From Candidatus Buchananbacteria bacterium (GTDB taxonomy: Bacteria; Patescibacteriota; Patescibacteriia; 2-01-FULL-39-33): 59,301 nucleotides of DNA. Below, one piece after another: positions 56,583 through 59,301 of the stretch (the first letter of the stretch is position 1; each line of letters opens with the position of its first letter). The notes beneath the pieces are model-generated. The model saw only the letters and a program-made list of their open reading frames with translations. It ran no database searches and was not told the DNA's origin. Both the position numbers and the translations under genes were made by a program. Where the stretch lies: NCBI GenBank assembly GCA_041665065.1, contig JBAYJM010000004.1, positions 1-59,301 of the forward strand. Reading direction: 5' to 3'.

Positions 56583-56771
56583 TTAGGATGCCCCCTTGTG
56601 AGTAGGTTGCGATGGAAGATCGCCTTTGAGATAAGGGCTCCATTTGGGAGTGGCGGGCTTTGTTGGGGGAATTACGCGACTAACTTCCTTAAGTCTTTTC
56701 TCCATATTTTGGTAGGCCTCTCCCAACCCATCTGCGTTGTCCGGCCAAAAAGAAGCATCCTTATTAGCCAT
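56583..56771 (-). CDS. Small G+C-rich hypothetical protein (62 aa)
   Basis: AAGGAG SD (56786-56781 on the minus strand). Downstream hairpin ATTCC/GGAAT plus T-run on the minus strand. Confidence 0.35.
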   Translation of the reverse strand: MANKDASFWPDNADGLGEAYQNMEKRLKEVSRVIPPTKPATPKWSPYLKGDLPSQPTHKGAS

Positions 56772-56847
56772 GACGACTTACTCCTTTACCTCTCGTTGTA
56801 CTATTTGAATGCCCGGGACCATCCAAGTCCAGGGTTTATCGCGTTAG

Positions 56848-58434
56848 TTATTCCGAAATTTCTTCTCGCTTTTCTCTGATAAATGAGACCGCCTTCTCAA
56901 AAAACTCGATCAGCATTTTGAGTGGCGTTTCTATGATAAAATCTAGAATATATATAAATATGTTCACCTTTGCAAAGTTGGTTGAGAGTGTGCGTCCGAC
57001 CCTTATAATTGGCAGACTAAGGAAATCAACCACAAAATTTTTGAGGTTGTCTTTTCTGGGCAACACCAAAAATTGATTGGCCAAGTTTCTTAACCTGAAT
57101 CCGAAGAAGCTTACCAACGTCAAAAAGAATATAAATAGCAGGCCGCTAAGCAAATTAAATTTCAGCAATCTCAAGCCGTAAACAACTATGCCGAAGGAGA
57201 TCAAAAACATTACAAAATAAATTATATTTATGACAACATAAGATGCAGAGCCTTTTTGTAATGAACCTTTGCCCTTGAATATAATTTTTCTTTCTTCTCC
57301 GGATACGATTTTTTTGGTTTCTTCTAAAATTATTTGGGTATTTTTTGGCCCAGGTACCCTGATTGTTATGGCAACAATAAGCATTAGAACCGGATGAAAG
57401 ATGATGTTTATTAAAAGCGATCGCATATTGAGCTCTCCGACAAATAATAAGTCATAAGGCACCTCCAAAACCAATGCCAAGATCGTTTTTGTAAGTAAAA
57501 TATAGATAATTACCCTGATAATACTTCCGATAAGCTTGCCCCTGATATGGTTATATCTGTGTTCGCAGGTCAGTTTGATTTTTTCTGTCAGTTTTTCGTC
57601 GTTTCCAAATATTTCTAAATTTTCTTTTTTGTCTAAGATTTCTTTTAGAATTTGGAAGAAGACGGATTGTTTTTTTACGGCTCTATATAGTTGAAAGCCT
57701 ATTGGATGATTAAGGTGGCTGTCGATTTTTGCTTTAATGTTAATCAGGTTTTGGCAAAAATCATTTACTTTTTCAGTTGTCAGATTATTCCATTCTGGTA
57801 TGTGCAGTTTTAGGAGTCGATAGTAGACTTTGTTTTGATCGGCTTTCCCCAAAGTTTTTAAAACGGCAATATAAATTTGAAGATTTTTTTCCTTTGGCTC
57901 GATTTCTGTTTTTACAAACGACATGCCAGAAACCATTTTTGAATACATAAAATTAACCATGGCCAACTCTTTGTCTATTGGAAACAGTTGTTCATCAATC
58001 TCACAGGCGGCCAATTCTATTACCCAATCAATAAGTTTTTGCTTTTTGGAAAAATTGTTTGCTTGCAAATAATTGTAAATGATCAAATATTTAATGATCG
58101 TCTCGGCTAACTCATCAATGATCGTCTCTGGCAGTGTATCATTTGGCAAATATTTTGCTCTGATAAATTCATAGATTAATGAATGACTGATTTTAATCGC
58201 CTCTTTTTCTTGAATAAACAAAATTTGTCTTCTCAAAAATCTTCTTAGGGAATTCCTTCTGATTAAATGTTCTTCGTTGTAATCTATTGCATTGCGAAAT
58301 TTTTCGTAAAAAAAACCAAGATTAGAAACCAACTGGCTAAGCTTGATTTTCTCGGCATCCTTAATATTTTTGGCTACGGGCTCTTGTTTATATGCCTCTA
58401 ACAGCCATTGCATTTCGCTTGAGATTTGTCCCAT
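56848..58434 (-). CDS. Large hypothetical membrane protein (soluble N-terminal half, polytopic C-terminal half)
   Basis: 528-aa uninterrupted ORF with about 5-6 hydrophobic helices in the C-terminal half. No family recognised. Confidence 0.55.
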   Translation of the reverse strand: MGQISSEMQWLLEAYKQEPVAKNIKDAEKIKLSQLVSNLGFFYEKFRNAIDYNEEHLIRRNSLRRFLRRQILFIQEKEAIKISHSLIYEFIRAKYLPNDTLPETIIDELAETIIKYLIIYNYLQANNFSKKQKLIDWVIELAACEIDEQLFPIDKELAMVNFMYSKMVSGMSFVKTEIEPKEKNLQIYIAVLKTLGKADQNKVYYRLLKLHIPEWNNLTTEKVNDFCQNLINIKAKIDSHLNHPIGFQLYRAVKKQSVFFQILKEILDKKENLEIFGNDEKLTEKIKLTCEHRYNHIRGKLIGSIIRVIIYILLTKTILALVLEVPYDLLFVGELNMRSLLINIIFHPVLMLIVAITIRVPGPKNTQIILEETKKIVSGEERKIIFKGKGSLQKGSASYVVINIIYFVMFLISFGIVVYGLRLLKFNLLSGLLFIFFLTLVSFFGFRLRNLANQFLVLPRKDNLKNFVVDFLSLPIIRVGRTLSTNFAKVNIFIYILDFIIETPLKMLIEFFEKAVSFIREKREEISE

Positions 58435-58657
58435 ATATGACCTTAATTATAGCACAGTTAGCTAATTTTGTTAAGTTGATTATTATTGGTAAAATTGCTG
58501 TTAATCTGTATAAAATACAGGTTAAGAATAACTTAAGCATTGCAAATTATAATAAGGTGACAGCCAAAAAGAGTTGAAAATAGTATAATACTGGGTAGGT
58601 AGGTGGATTTTAGATGGGTAAATAATTAATTAGAGTTTTATAAATAAAAATAAATTT

Positions 58658-58906
58658 ATGGAATTCATTTGGTTTTTAATAATCGGCTTAATCGCCGGTT
58701 GGATTGCCGGCTTACTCGTAAGGGGCAGAGGATTTGGAATGATAGCGGATATCGTCATTGGCATTGTTGGCGCATTTATCGGCGGATTGATATTTAGGTC
58801 TTTTGGAATGGGACCGTCAGGATTTTGGGGGTCGCTCGCTACTGCCGTAATTGGCGCTTTAATTTTATTATTTATTGTTAAGCTCTTCCGAGGGCACACG
58901 GCATAG
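58658..58906 (+). CDS. GlsB/YeaQ/YmgE-family (transglycosylase-associated) small membrane protein
   Basis: 'LIIGLIAGWIAG...GIVGAFIGGLIF'. Bidirectional terminator at 58925-58952. Confidence 0.85.
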   Translation: MEFIWFLIIGLIAGWIAGLLVRGRGFGMIADIVIGIVGAFIGGLIFRSFGMGPSGFWGSLATAVIGALILLFIVKLFRGHTA

Positions 58907-58961
58907 GCTTTATCGGATTTCAAAAATCACTGCTTTAGGGCAGTGATTTTTTGTGAATGAT

Positions 58962-59301
58962 TTAAAATTGGATTGGAATTTCCAACTCATTATCATATTG
59001 GGATAAGCCGGATGGATTATCTTTTTGTAATATTATTGTTCCGCTCGTTGATGTGCCGGCGCTAAATTCAATTATAGATGTAAATGGAACATAATTTTCC
59101 GACATCCAATCTTCTTGGGCAATTCCAGTTGCTGATCCTATGACTTGGCCTCGCTCATTAATTATTCTAATTGGAAAGCTTGCTTCAAAATACCAATTGC
59201 CTCTGGCCTCACCTTTTATGGTGATAGGTGAATTGATTTTTTGATTGGGTAAAATATTAGTTACTTTGATTAAGTCGTCTTTTGATGGATAAACAGAAGC
59301 A
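58962..59301 (-). CDS. Gmad2-type immunoglobulin-like domain protein, C-terminal fragment (runs off the window)
   Basis: Hand translation of the minus strand: ASVYPSKDDLIKVTNILPNQKINSPITIKGEARGNWYFEASFPIRIINERGQVIGSATGIAQEDWMSENYVPFTSIIEFSAGTSTSGTIILQKDNPSGLSQYDNELEIPIQF*. The 'SP..I.G.A.G.WFFEA.FP' pattern fits Gmad2. Confidence 0.55.
   Translation of the reverse strand, partial: ASVYPSKDDLIKVTNILPNQKINSPITIKGEARGNWYFEASFPIRIINERGQVIGSATGIAQEDWMSENYVPFTSIIEFSAGTSTSGTIILQKDNPSGLSQYDNELEIPIQF

Overview
This is a 59.3-kb chromosomal segment from an AT-rich, streamlined bacterium. Several traits suggest a Patescibacteria/CPR-like organism, but that is untested inference: an unlinked 16S gene, tRNAs without encoded CCA plus a CCA-adding enzyme, a membrane-anchored MurF, an orphan PilT, many orphan secreted or membrane proteins, and native genes that mostly lack a Shine-Dalgarno. 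The standard genetic code applies, since TGA is used as a stop.

Contents in order:
- 3' 456 nt of 16S rRNA with its own terminator
- a G+C-rich orphan ORF
- tRNA-Ile/Phe/Pro
- a C39-like peptidase and a dockerin-repeat secreted protein
- an unlisted 59-aa DUF1059-like ORF
- a minus-strand copper operon: csoR, membrane protein, HMA/TauE-like/cupredoxin fusion, copZ, copA
- hydrolase, murF, ddl, then a G+C-rich GCS2-like ligase and an AstE-like deacylase
- tRNA-Pro(GGG)
- an unclassified ~390-nt structured RNA
- a P2-type cation ATPase
- tRNA-Gly
- a ~160-nt structured element plus a small membrane ORF
- a second unclassified ~300-nt structured RNA
- a putative extracytoplasmic thiol-redox operon
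- a C-type-lysozyme-like protein
- two paralogous Cys-rich modular surface proteins (21992-24301 and 32153-34210)
- housekeeping genes: infB, rbfA, clpP, rny, ymdB-like, hup, pilT, rnc, nusB, rpmF, an rlu-family synthase, cca, valS, tyrS
- a fused double asparaginase
- a G+C-rich radical-SAM / methyltransferase pair flanking a TrmB-like regulator
- a further eight tRNAs beyond the five listed above (13 in total), including a tRNA-Ile with a UAU anticodon
- an sdpR-sdpI-SprT-like operon with a perfect palindromic operator

I saw no CRISPR array, transposase, integrase or reverse transcriptase.

The items most worth follow-up are:
1. the Cys-rich paralogs together with the adjacent redox operon and lysozyme-like gene
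2. the two promoter-to-terminator structured RNAs of unknown class
3. about a dozen G+C-rich single-gene islands that carry strong SD sites, unlike the native genes
4. an attenuator-like leader in front of the GCS2-like ligase

Several ORF-track starts were moved to internal ATGs where the upstream extension overlaps another gene or a tRNA.
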